Of a stretch of 64,000 bases of DNA, positions 1-10,096 are shown piece after piece. Origin of the DNA: Bacillota bacterium (GTDB taxonomy: Bacteria; Bacillota; Ch66; Ch109). A program made the translations under genes and the position numbers. Position 1 is the stretch's first letter. Every line of letters begins with the position of its first letter. The stretch is taken from positions 64,001-128,000 of the forward strand of contig JBMNLH010000005.1 of assembly GCA_050952625.1 (NCBI GenBank), read 5' to 3'. Below the pieces are notes generated by a model. It had not been told where the DNA came from. It was given only the letters and a program-made list of their open reading frames with translations, and searched no databases.

Positions 1-1
1 T

Positions 2-184
2 CGAAAATCAGGCTATAGCGGTATCCCGATCGACATGATGACAGCCATCCAGGGCAATAGTGTGTCGTTATCCAGGAACGCTAGCCGAATAGAGAAATTA
101 GAAAACAATTTTAAGATATTTGGTTCAATTGCGTTAACGATAATAGGAGCACTTATAACGATTTTGCTTACTCTGTCGAAGTGA
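2..184 (+). CDS. 3' end of an unknown protein with a C-terminal hydrophobic helix (partial at window edge)
   Basis: Open frame from base 2 ending ...KIFGSIALTIIGALITILLTLSK-TGA; its stop overlaps the GTG of the next gene. Confidence 0.55.
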   Translation, partial: RKSGYSGIPIDMMTAIQGNSVSLSRNASRIEKLENNFKIFGSIALTIIGALITILLTLSK

Positions 185-846
185 GTATAATTGCCATGCA
201 ATACATTTATACGACCGGCAAAGGTGACAGTTATCCAATCGAATTGGACTATAAGGCTATTTTATCCGATCAACTGGTTTCAGACTATAATCGGGTGACA
301 GGATACTGCAAAACTGGATGCAAAAATTATAACTATGCGGGTGGGTGTCCGCCTTTAGCACCTAATTTTGAATTGCTACGAGAGAAATATCCATTGGCGG
401 TACTGATTTATGCCAGGTTGTATTCAGAATTTAAACCGGATAAGGTAAAAGCTTCTGAAAAAGTTTATATTCATTATCGTTTTCAGGATATAATACTATC
501 TAATTTATTAACGAACTTAGGTTATGAATTGACAAGAAAGAATAGAAACCAAATCTTTTTTTTAAACAATGGTTATTGTATGGGCTGTGGCAACAAGAAA
601 TGTAACTTTAAATTAGGTAATAATTTCTGCGCCAATCCTGACCGAAGAACGTTCTCATTGGAAGCATGTGGAGTTGATGTTGAGGCAAGCTTAAAAAAAA
701 TATTTAATATAGAATTACAGTGGTATAACAAATCTAATTATAATACTGTTGAGCATATGACCAAAGCGATTGCTTTACTTTGTAAAAACCATGCACAACA
801 AGCTGAGCTATCAAATTCATTAATTGGTTGTTTAAATGGTTTATAG
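181..846 (+). CDS. DUF2284-like predicted metal-binding protein
   Basis: Cys motifs CKTGC..Y..GGCPP, CMGC..C, and R.SLEACGVDV. Confidence 0.7.
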   Translation: MSIIAMQYIYTTGKGDSYPIELDYKAILSDQLVSDYNRVTGYCKTGCKNYNYAGGCPPLAPNFELLREKYPLAVLIYARLYSEFKPDKVKASEKVYIHYRFQDIILSNLLTNLGYELTRKNRNQIFFLNNGYCMGCGNKKCNFKLGNNFCANPDRRTFSLEACGVDVEASLKKIFNIELQWYNKSNYNTVEHMTKAIALLCKNHAQQAELSNSLIGCLNGL

Positions 847-848
847 CA

Positions 849-871
849 GCCACGGGGACGGTTCTCGTGGC
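849..871 (+). repeat. REP-like hairpin, family A
   Basis: GCCACGGGGACGGTTCTCGTGGC preceded by TAG-CA. Confidence 0.9.
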
Positions 872-1159
872 CGGTTTGGCACAAAAATATAGAAATACCT
901 TGCTAGTAAGATGTAATTAAAAACGATCGCGTTGACCACATCATAACAACCCCTACGGCTAGCTTACTGATTTTCTTCTATACTGGACTTGGTGTTGAGG
1001 GCTTGTTTTTCAGTATTTTTCGATGTGGTGGCTCTGAAAAATACACACAGTGGCTCTGCTTAATACACGGGGTGTGTCTAAGAATCGCACTGCCGAATCT
1101 AACAGTTGCCAGGATAAGCGAAACTGAAGCCAATTTAATCCCCTTCTGCCCAGAGCTGG

Positions 1160-1287
1160 AAAGCCGGCAAAAAGAAATCAAACAACTGCAACGCAAACTG
1201 GACCGGCAAAGAAGGGCGAATAACCCGGACAACTATAATCCAGACGGGACAATCAAAAAAGGCCGCCTAAAATGGTTAGCCAATTAG
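1160..1287 (+). pseudogene. tnpB: TnpB (IS200/IS605/IS607) internal fragment
   Basis: RQKEIKQLQRKLDRQRRANNPDNYNPDGTIKKG resembles a TnpB internal segment. Confidence 0.65.
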
Positions 1288-1540
1288 AAGAAGATATTTA
1301 ATTCATTTGAAAGGTCTGAAAAACCATTTCTAATACGAATAAGTTAGTTGAATTGTCAAGTTTTGATTGGATAAGATCATCATCCGGAGATCCACCTGAT
1401 TCATGATTATTTTGACCCTGAAGTTTGGTGGCAGAGCCAGGAGGACCAGAAACGGGGAGTTTTGGAGTATTTGAAAATCTTTCGCTTCTACATAAGGGAG
1501 CAGTTTGAGTTGTAAGTAGAGAGAGGGGGTCATCCATCTA

Positions 1541-2179
1541 ATGGATAAGTTGAACTTTAAAGGCCTCATTACATCAATCCAACCACGAATACGACTAACC
1601 CGTTCATTTGATGAAGCCTCTCATACATATTTGGGTTATGCCATTAAAATTGCCGGAACCATTGATAACCAAGATTTTTCCAAACAAACCATCTTCTCCA
1701 TCGGTATCGGCAAAGCAGCTCAAGCTAAATTTAACTTCAAAGTAAATGACATTATCTCCGGCGAATGCCTTCCTGTTTCGGATCCGGACATAGAGCCGGT
1801 AGATTATTATAAGGTGTCATAATTAGCTAAGGCAGTGGAAGGAGAGCCGGGCAGCCTATCAGCACCCTGGGAATTGGTTCCGCCGGAGCTGAAAGTTTAC
1901 CGGGAAAGGGGACACCGGAGACTGGCTGCCAGGACTTATGAAGCTAAATGCAGTAGCTGCATGTGGGGTGCTAGGATGCCGGTAGAAATAATAGTTGATA
2001 ACTGGAACCCAAAGGGCCGGAGGAAGTATCGGTTTGAGACTTTTTGTTATGGCCCTTTGAGTTGTAAATTGTATAAAGCTGGACCAAACAGAAAGGTAGA
2101 AGGCCGAAACGGGATGGTCTATGTGGAGGAAGATTGGGTTGATCAGATGATGACCGAACATCGGGAGCCGGATGAGTAG
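1541..2179 (+). pseudogene. Nonsense-disrupted paralog of the hypothetical gene at 7344-7988
   Basis: Near-identical protein; in-frame TAA at 1820-1822 where the paralog has AAA. Confidence 0.85.
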
Positions 2180-2641
2180 TTATTGTTAAAAAGAATATAA
2201 AATGAGTCAGCCATCCCATAATGTCCATCAATAGACGGAGTATAATGTCCGAGATATGACGGTGCCAATGACCAAAAATAATGTGATATTCAATGCTAGT
2301 GCCAGTGATCCAAAAGGTAAGGTTTTGTACTATTGGTTCAGTTTTTGGCCCAAAGGATTCATGTTCGCTAAAGACGAAATACGAATCCCTTGGGCTGATT
2401 GATTATTTTAGGCTTATGATGCCGGAAAGAGCCTTATAGGCATAGGCCACGGTTATGCTTTTTGACATTTTAGCTTGGCTCAAACACCTTGTTCATGCTG
2501 TGAGCTGAGGATGGGACTAGTAAGAGGCTAATGGTCTCCTGGTATGGAAAAATATTACACGATAATGGTAGAGTGTTTGGTGATCGGTTATAATGGTAAC
2601 ATCTTAAAATTGTTTATATGTAACATCGCAGAATTAGTTGT

Positions 2642-3694
2642 ATGATTGGAGGGATGTCTGTGAAAATTGAGGGGCTGCGGATAAAAAATTTTAAAATCCT
2701 AAAAGACATTACTCTGCGTAACTTGCCTAATATGGCTGTGTTTTTAGGGGCCAACGGTTCAGGAAAATCCACTCTCTTCGATGTTTTTGGCTTTTTGCAT
2801 GATTCCCTCATTGACAATGTTCGGGCAGCTCTGACCAAGCGAGGTGGATATAAAGAGGTAGTAAGTCGGGGACAGGAAGGACCAATTGAATTTGAAATAA
2901 AGTTTCGGCCATCCCCGGGCGAGACCCTGGTAACTTATGAATTGCATATTGGTTTAGATGGACGGGGGCTACCGGTAGTGCAGCGTGAATTATTAAAATA
3001 CCGACGAGGACAAAAAGGGAAACCATGGCATTTCCTCGATTTTTCTAATGGAGTGGGGCACGCTATCGTTAATGAGAGTGACTACGGCAAAAAGGGAGTT
3101 CAGGAGCAGCGGGAGGAACAAAAATTGGATTCCCCTGATATCCTGGCGATTAAGGGGTTGGGCCAATTTCAGAAATTTAAACAGGTAGCGGCTTTTCGCC
3201 GTTTAATAGAAGGTTGGCATGTTTCAGATTTTCATATTCAAGTAGCCAGAGCTAGTGTTGATGCCGGGTATGCGGAACACCTATCACCTACTGGCGAAAA
3301 TCTTCCTTTGGTAGCTCAATTTATGCATGAACATTATCCAGAACGGTTTCAACGAGTTTTACAAAAGATGGCAGAAAGAGTGCCCGGAATTGTTTCGGTA
3401 GAGGCAACTGAAACAGCTGATGGCCGAATTGTTTTACGTTTTCAGGATGATGCGTTTCGAGATCCCTTTGTGGCACGTTATGTTTCGGATGGGACCTTAA
3501 AGATGTTTGCTTACTTGCTGCAAATTCCTGGAGTAAAGTTTATTGTAGTCCGTGACCAGGATAGTGCTGATTGTATTCAGGTTAAGGAACGGTTACGGAC
3601 TCTTTGTATTCAATCTGATCACCCTGCCAACAAAAGGCAGGGTTTGATATTTTTCAGGAGGTGTTTAAGTCAAGCTAAAATGTCTAAAAGTTGA
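2642..3694 (+). pseudogene. AAA_21/AbiEii-type ATPase, truncated and fused to a remnant of a DUF4276-like partner
   Basis: Walker A GANGSGKS and SDGTL signature; no Walker B follows; sequence switches at ~3525 to FIVVRDQDSADC. Confidence 0.7.
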
Positions 3695-3864
3695 TGGAAT
3701 TGCCTGACCAGAGATTGCCGTATATAATGACCATATTATTGGCCGTAACATTTGGACACTAAAAGGGTGGTTTATTTGAAGGGTGCTGGCAATGGTTTTT
3801 CCATTTTATGCGGGGATTTTTAAGTTCTCTGCTTGGTATTTATTGTACCAAAAACAAACGGTGG

Positions 3865-3985
3865 TCATATCAAAAGTCGCAGTTTTTCCGAAACCTCTGC
3901 GATAACCTCGGGCGTAGCTGTACAGCAATATTCAGCCCCCCGTGCCTGCCAGTCGAGACTCTTAACCTGATCAGACAGCTTATGA
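3865..3985 (-). pseudogene. mazF: MazF/PemK toxin C-terminal fragment
   Basis: LSDQVKSLDWQARGAEY...EVIAEVSEKLRLLI. Confidence 0.65.
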
Positions 3986-4021
3986 AAGTCAATCCGTCTC
4001 AGGGGATTTTTATACAGTCTG

Positions 4022-4260
4022 CTGATGAAGCTGACTCTGGAGAAAGAATTGCCCACGGCAGCCACCCGGTGCTGGCCTGGATGATGGACAATATCCATAT
4101 CCGCACCGACCTGCCGGGAATATTAGACCGGATAAAACCAAGTCAACTGAAAAAATTGACGATGCAGTGGCTATGATTATGGCTCTTGACCGGTGTATCA
4201 GGAATGAGGGGGTCAGTAAAGATAAATCGGTGTATGATGAGTGGGGGCTGATTTTGCTTC
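4022..4260 (+). pseudogene. Phage terminase large subunit C-terminal fragment (frameshifted)
   Basis: LMKLTLE/RIAHGSHPVLAWMMDN/..PDKTKSTEKIDDAVAMIMALDRCIRN..SVYDEWGL. Confidence 0.8.
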
Positions 4261-4363
4261 ATATTTCAAGCTACTAAAACAAAGACCAGTATGTTAAAAT
4301 CTTATTGAAGCCTTCAATAAATTACCTTTATTTTAATTTATCAATTCGGAAGGAGGCGAGCAT

Positions 4364-5497
4364 ATGGCTACAGGTAGCAAAGTAGAGGTTAGCAGGGATA
4401 TTTATTTATGGGCGATTGAAGAATCCCAAAAAGATTTTATAGAGATAAAAAACAGATTCGAAAAAATTGAGACCTGGATTTCCGGGGAAGACTATCCTAC
4501 TTTTAGACAAGTGGAACGCCTAGCTAACTTTTTAGGGGTACCTTTAGGCTATATGTTTTTAGATGAGCCTCCTAGAACGAGCATAATTGAATCTGAATTC
4601 AGGACGATTGGAAACAAAATACCAGAAATTAGCAAGAATCTTCAAGACACCCTGTATATTATGGCCAGAAAAAAGGATTGGTTAAGTGAGTACCGCCGAG
4701 AAAAAGGCTGGAGCAAACTACTTCCCCATGATTTTGGTGAATTAAGCAGGGAAAACATTCTTCCTGCTAAAAAATATATTGACTTGGATGAGTTTTGGTA
4801 TAAAGAACATAGGAACAAAGGCACCGCTTTTAGATACCTTAGGCAGAGGCTTGAAGATAAAGGAATCATAGTTACGCAAAGCGGGATTGTAGGCTCTGAT
4901 AATCGCCGCAGGTTAGATGTAAATGAATTTAGAGGCTTTTTATTATATGATGACCTTGCACCTCTTATATTCATAAATAGTAGGGACAGCGAAGCGGGGA
5001 AAATTTTTACTTTGATTCACGAATACATTCACTTCTTATTGCAAGAGGATGATATATTCATCGATGAGGATAGCGATGAAACAAACATAAATATGATAAC
5101 GGCAGAGTTTTTAATGCCCACATCTCATGTTCAGGAACTATGGGATAATATTAGGCCGGAATTAGAACAAATTGAAGAATTAAGTAGACTGTTTCATGTT
5201 AGTAGATTAGCGGTAGCTATTAAGTTAAAGGACATAGGCAAAATTTCCCGGCATGTAGTCAATACAGTAAAACAGCAAACTGAAAAGGTGCTAAGTGAAA
5301 GGGGTGAGGAGGTGTCTAATGGTGGCGGTAACTACTACCGCACCATTAGATCCCGTCTTGGTGATAGTTTCTTAAGAGCTGTAATTCAGGGGGCGGAAGC
5401 TGGCGATATCAGCTACACCTATGCATTTGATTTGTTAGGCGGTTCCGCAAAACTGTATGATTACTTCAAAGAGGAATTTGTCGGCTATGAGAGATAA
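4364..5497 (+). CDS. XRE HTH + ImmA/IrrE metallopeptidase
   Basis: N-terminal PTFRQVERLANFLGVP HTH; FTLIHEYIH (HExxH); RBS AAGGAGG. Confidence 0.9.
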   Translation: MATGSKVEVSRDIYLWAIEESQKDFIEIKNRFEKIETWISGEDYPTFRQVERLANFLGVPLGYMFLDEPPRTSIIESEFRTIGNKIPEISKNLQDTLYIMARKKDWLSEYRREKGWSKLLPHDFGELSRENILPAKKYIDLDEFWYKEHRNKGTAFRYLRQRLEDKGIIVTQSGIVGSDNRRRLDVNEFRGFLLYDDLAPLIFINSRDSEAGKIFTLIHEYIHFLLQEDDIFIDEDSDETNINMITAEFLMPTSHVQELWDNIRPELEQIEELSRLFHVSRLAVAIKLKDIGKISRHVVNTVKQQTEKVLSERGEEVSNGGGNYYRTIRSRLGDSFLRAVIQGAEAGDISYTYAFDLLGGSAKLYDYFKEEFVGYER

Positions 5498-5978
5498 ATA
5501 CTTAATTGATGCAAACGTATTTATGACCGCCCATAGACAGCTATACCCATTTGATCTTGCCCCGAGCTTTTGGGAGCAGCTAGTTGAGAAAGCATCGGAT
5601 AGAATCGTAATAATCGAAGAAGTTCAAAAAGAAATACGAAGAGGCCAAGATTTACTAGTCGAGTGGTATGAAAGGGAGTGTGCCAAATTTACGGTCTTAG
5701 GGATACCTGACCCGAAAGTGATACACTCCTACAGAGTAATAATAAATTCAACAAATGCGAATGAGCAGTATACACCATCGGCCAAGAAGGAATTTGCTTC
5801 ATCAGCAGATTCGTGGCTATGTGCCTATGGATTGGCTTTTGGGGATACCATAGTAACCTTAGAAAAATATGAGGCCGATATTAAAAAGAGGGTAAAAATA
5901 CCCAACATTTGCAGGGAATTTGGGATTAAGTATATTGATTTATTGCAGTTCATGAGAGAAATAGGTATTAGGCTTTAA
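5487..5978 (+). CDS. DUF4411-family PIN-like protein
   Basis: YLIDANVF, ADSWLCAY, IVTLE, KIPNIC; overlaps the ImmA gene stop. Confidence 0.85.
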   Translation: MRDKYLIDANVFMTAHRQLYPFDLAPSFWEQLVEKASDRIVIIEEVQKEIRRGQDLLVEWYERECAKFTVLGIPDPKVIHSYRVIINSTNANEQYTPSAKKEFASSADSWLCAYGLAFGDTIVTLEKYEADIKKRVKIPNICREFGIKYIDLLQFMREIGIRL

Positions 5979-6174
5979 AGAAAATGTGTAACCACAAATG
6001 CTTATGATTTGGCAAAAAAGAAGCTTGAAGACATCTTCAAGAGATTTTTTGGATATTACTCCACCGGCATATATTCTGTCGCACGGCCATAGGCTGCTTT
6101 GGCATCTTTTACGCCAATTTCAGCCTGATCAACTTTTGCCTTCCTTTGTATACTATTGAGGGAGATGGTATTAG

Positions 6175-6609
6175 ATGGAAGTAAGGTTTGTTGATTCTGA
6201 GTTGGAGACGGTGATCGATCGGGTAATTAAATATTTCACAGAGATTGATGGGATTCAGGCAGCCTATTTGTTTGGTTCTTTTGCGACAAACAGAGTTACG
6301 GCAGAAAGTGATATTGATTTGGCGATTCTGACAAATGTAGCTTTGGATGAAGAACTCCTCTTCCAAATACAGGACACGCTAGAGGGATTAGTCGGCCGAG
6401 AAGTTGACTTGATAGACTTACGTAACTGTTCGCCAATTCTGGCTTATCAAGTTTTGAAATATGGAAAGAAGATTCTCCTTCGAGATGAACATGCCTTAAA
6501 TTTATGGATAATTCAAGTTTTGAACGCTTACTATGACTTAAAAATTGACCGTAGACCGATTGAGAGGAGTATTCTTGAGAGGAGCCACAGTAGAGGAGCT
6601 AGTATATGA
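6175..6609 (+). CDS. mntA: MntA-type minimal nucleotidyltransferase antitoxin
   Basis: LFGSFATNRVTAESDIDL (GSx10DxD). Confidence 0.85.
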   Translation: MEVRFVDSELETVIDRVIKYFTEIDGIQAAYLFGSFATNRVTAESDIDLAILTNVALDEELLFQIQDTLEGLVGREVDLIDLRNCSPILAYQVLKYGKKILLRDEHALNLWIIQVLNAYYDLKIDRRPIERSILERSHSRGASI

Positions 6610-7052
6610 TTAAGTTTAAAGCGGATCAAGATGTGGTCTTGGCAAAGGTGGCCATAATTCGACGTTGTCTGAAGCGGATTGAAAAGGTCACGGAAGGCGA
6701 CCCGGCTAAACTGGATACATATGATTGTCAGGATATCTTTGTCCTTAATTTGCAGAGGGCGGTACAAGCGACGATAGACCTGGCAGTTCATCTGGTAGCG
6801 ATTAATGAACTGGGCATGCCTTCTAATATAAAAGACAGCTTTGAATTATTGAAAAGAGAATCTATCATCTCTAGCGACTTGGCGGATAGAATGAAAAGAA
6901 TGGTTGGCTTTCGAAATATAGCGGTTCACGACTATCAGGCCCTTGATCCTGAGATCCTTAAATCAATTTTAACTACAAACTTAATTGATTTGGTAGAGTT
7001 TTATGAAGCGGTTTTGCGCAGCCACGGGGACGGTTCTTGTGGCTGGGTTTAG
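6606..7052 (+). CDS. hepT: HepT/DUF86 HEPN toxin; C-terminus encoded by a REP copy
   Basis: FRNIAVHDY (Rx4H); ATGA overlap with mntA. Confidence 0.85.
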   Translation: MIKFKADQDVVLAKVAIIRRCLKRIEKVTEGDPAKLDTYDCQDIFVLNLQRAVQATIDLAVHLVAINELGMPSNIKDSFELLKRESIISSDLADRMKRMVGFRNIAVHDYQALDPEILKSILTTNLIDLVEFYEAVLRSHGDGSCGWV

Positions 7053-7110
7053 TTTTGAATCTGTTGTTGAAAAATATTACACTAACAACCATGGGGACGG
7101 TTCTTGCGGC
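7021..7110 (+). repeat. Two REP-A hairpins (7021-7043, 7088-7110)
   Basis: GCCACGGGGACGGTTCTTGTGGC; ACCATGGGGACGGTTCTTGCGGC. Confidence 0.9.
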
Positions 7111-7343
7111 TGGCTTGGTGCTAAAATACGGAAGGCTAGCTAAAAACATTTCCTAAATAATATAAATAAATAAGTACCGGAAGTTCTCGGGGAATTTACG
7201 CTTATGGAGATTCCTCTACCGGGGTAATTGCGCAAGCAGCTACTAGGCATGAATCGGGGAAACAGGAATTTCTTTGGCATATTTGTCCATAAAAAAAGGA
7301 ACGGAGCAATTTGAATTGTAGGTGTAAGGAGGCTCAACACTTA

Positions 7344-7988
7344 GTGGACAAGTTAATTTTCACTGGAAAAATCACATCAATCCAGCCACGAATAAGACTA
7401 ACCCGTTCATTTGATGAAGCCTCTCATACATATTTGGGATATGCTATAAAAATTGCAGGAACCATTGATAACCAAGAAACGATATCATCAAATCAAAATA
7501 TGTTTTCCATTGGCATCGGCAAAGCAGCCCAAGCTAAATTTAAGTTCAAAGTTAATGACATTATCTCCGGTGAATGCCTCCCTGTTCCGGATCCGGACAT
7601 GGAGCCGGTGGATTATTATAAGGTATCGAAATTAGCTAAGGTGACGGAAGGAGAGCCGGGAAGCCTATCAGCACCCTGGGAATTAGTGCCGCCGGAGTTG
7701 GAGGTTTATCGCGAGCGGGGACACCGGCGGCTGGCGGCTAGGACTTATGAAACTAAATGCAGTAGCTGCATGTGGGGAGCTAGGATGCCGGTGGAGATAA
7801 TAGTTGATAATTGGAACCCCAGGGGCCGAAGGAAATACCGATTTGAGACCTTCTGCTATGGTCCTTTGAGTTGTAAATTATATAAGGCTGGCCCTAACCG
7901 AAAGGTCCAAGGCCGGAACGGGATGGTCTATGTGGAGGAAGATTGGGTTGATGAGGAGATGACGGGACATAGAGATCCAGATGAGTAG
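7344..7988 (+). CDS. Conserved hypothetical protein with Cys motifs (CSSC, CYGPLSC)
   Basis: GTG start after AAGGAGG; intact paralog of 1541-2179. Confidence 0.8.
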   Translation: MDKLIFTGKITSIQPRIRLTRSFDEASHTYLGYAIKIAGTIDNQETISSNQNMFSIGIGKAAQAKFKFKVNDIISGECLPVPDPDMEPVDYYKVSKLAKVTEGEPGSLSAPWELVPPELEVYRERGHRRLAARTYETKCSSCMWGARMPVEIIVDNWNPRGRRKYRFETFCYGPLSCKLYKAGPNRKVQGRNGMVYVEEDWVDEEMTGHRDPDE

Positions 7989-7990
7989 CA

Positions 7991-8013
7991 ACCGCGGGGA
8001 CGGTTCTCGTGGT
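7991..8013 (+). repeat. REP-A hairpin
   Basis: ACCGCGGGGACGGTTCTCGTGGT after TAG-CA. Confidence 0.9.
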
Positions 8014-8361
8014 TGGTTTGGCACTAAAAAACAGAAATGCCTTGCTAGTAGATTTTAGAGTAAGGGGCAAATAATGAAGCGTAAGGCGTGAGTGGTGAGG
8101 CGTGTAGCCCGCCCCTAAACCTTATTTATATTTTCATCAGTGCTTATGCCGTACGGGCACAGGTGATTAGTTAGATAATCAAAGTAATAATCAATCATTC
8201 ATTTTACTCGCTTGGATATTTTAGGGGATATTGAGTTGCATAGACAGTATGCTGCAGTGATCCTGGGGGGAGGAATTCACGTCTGTGCGATTGTCCGCAA
8301 GCTTTCCCAGGAGGAATGGGGTAGCCTTTTAGCGGATTTTATATAGCGAATGTGGGGTAAT

Positions 8362-8823
8362 ATGACTTTAAAGAAAATTCTACCTTGGGTTGCTGTGACT
8401 TTTTGGATGGCTTTATTATTCTATTTATCTCATCAACCAGCAACAACATCTAATGAGTTGAGTACTGGCCTAACAGCGGTTATTATCCAAACGATAGAGA
8501 AAGTGATTCCCGGGGTGGAATTTGATCTAAGCTGGGTTAATCATCTCGTCCGGAAAAGTGCCCATTTCATGGCCTACTTGGTTTTAGGCAGCTTAGTGAT
8601 CAATGCTTTAAAGGGCAGTAGGGCCGTTGGTTATATTGGATATAAGCTTGTCCTTTTGGCTTTGTGCATCTGTATTTCGTATGCCATATCGGATGAAGTC
8701 CATCAGTTATTCGTTCCCGGCCGAGGCGGACAGCTAAAGGACGTCATCCTGGACAGTGCCGGAGCGACTATTGGGATTTATGTATTTAGGTATTTTTCTC
8801 TAAAAGGAACTGGGGTGCGTTAA
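8362..8823 (+). CDS. vanZ: VanZ family membrane protein
   Basis: RKSAHF..Y and YAISDEVHQLFVPGRGGQLKDVILD. Confidence 0.9.
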   Translation: MTLKKILPWVAVTFWMALLFYLSHQPATTSNELSTGLTAVIIQTIEKVIPGVEFDLSWVNHLVRKSAHFMAYLVLGSLVINALKGSRAVGYIGYKLVLLALCICISYAISDEVHQLFVPGRGGQLKDVILDSAGATIGIYVFRYFSLKGTGVR

Positions 8824-9252
8824 ATATCTACTACCAGGGTTTCGGCCGGTGTTTTCATGGGGTTCACCTTCTTTCTACTGTAATGGGTCATTGAAGGTTA
8901 TTGGCAGCCGTCATCGCGGGTATTCATTAATGACGTAGGAAATCAAAATGTCCTAGTTATCCGTCGACTTCGTTGTCGTCATTGCCACCGGATACATCAC
9001 GAACTTCCGGATATCCTGGTTCCATATAAACGCCATAGCAGCGAAAGCATTGAGTCGGTTAATTGGCTTAGAACGAAATTATTTCTTGATTCAAAGGGAT
9101 AGCCTTTTGCCCCAACCTACCAGGTCAAGCGAGGGGTGTGCATGAAAGCCGCTTTCCAGCAAGGGACCTGGCCTTGACACAACAAATAGCCGGAAGGTCC
9201 TAAATGGATCGCCCAGCTGTTTTTTGTTGAAAAACAAAACCAAGCCAAGTAA

Positions 9253-9330
9253 GTGCAAAACCTGGAAGGTGTTGGCTTTACCGTGGTTCCCTTCGGTCAA
9301 GGTTTTAAGGATATGAGTCCACCAAACAAG
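9253..9330 (+). pseudogene. Phage terminase large subunit fragment
   Basis: VQNLEGVGFTVVPFGQGFKDMSPPNK. Confidence 0.75.
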
Positions 9331-9391
9331 GCAGCAATAGTTTCCTTTTTTTAGCCCAGGTCTGTTCCGCGGTTAAATCGGTACCCGCCAC

Positions 9392-9705
9392 TTTATGACT
9401 GGCGGCATACCTGGCACAATTGGTCAGGAGTAGTTCGTTGAGTTCGTCCAAAATTTTTACGTGAGGGATGGGGGTTAGAAAGTTCCTTCTTACGTACCCA
9501 CCAGGTTTTCCATTTGCCCTTTTTGGTTACCCCGTCCTGGTGTGCAGTAGATCGATTCAAAAAGAAAGTGGCTGCGCAGGGCGATGAACTGGTTTTGCTC
9601 ATGACGGGTCCTGCCCCGTAATACCTTTAGAACCGCTGCTTTCAGTTTGTCATAGGTGATGGTTGCCGGTACCCCGCCATAATAGGTAAATGCCTCTACA
9701 TGTCC
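9392..9705 (-). pseudogene. istA: IS21-family IstA transposase fragment
   Basis: GHVEAFTYYGGVPATITYDKLKAAV...CTPGRGNQKGQMENLVG/VRRNFLTPIP. Confidence 0.8.
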
Positions 9706-9965
9706 GGCTACCTCAGCCTGAACTTGCCTTCATTTTGTTCGGTTGTACTAACCTGTTTCTCATTCGTAACTATCCCCTATAAAAATGCGAATATATTGCA
9801 TATCGCAATACATTTTCACATTCACAATATGGTATTAACCGCTCATGATAAAGTTTCCATCTGAAGCCTTGATTGAAGGGAGCCTCAATTGAAGTTCGAT
9901 GTTCAGCAATGTTGAATGAGTCCAATTTTTATTTAGGTCAAATTTTTGTCAGCAACAAGAACCGT

Positions 9966-10096
9966 CAGACTGTGTGAAAACCAATTTTTTCTCTATATAT
10001 CCACAAAAATGATATGATTTAACTAGAAGATACAATGGAAAGGGTGGGTTTATGGGGTACATTCATGGTCAAGACAGGACGTTTTCACACAGTCTG
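9966..10096. mobile_element. 131-bp MITE with 16-bp perfect terminal IRs and 4-bp TSD, inserted in a REP-A hairpin
   Basis: CAGACTGTGTGAAAAC ... GTTTTCACACAGTCTG flanked by CCGT at 9962-9965 and 10097-10100. Confidence 0.85.

Noticed and set aside
849-871. REP-A hairpins as ordinary intrinsic terminators
   Set aside because: Most lack a U-tract, share a conserved loop sequence, and occur inside ORFs and in tandem
2200-2500. Possible integrative-element end/att region with a long hairpin at ~2348-2395
   Set aside because: No recombinase or matching second att site visible, so it cannot be supported
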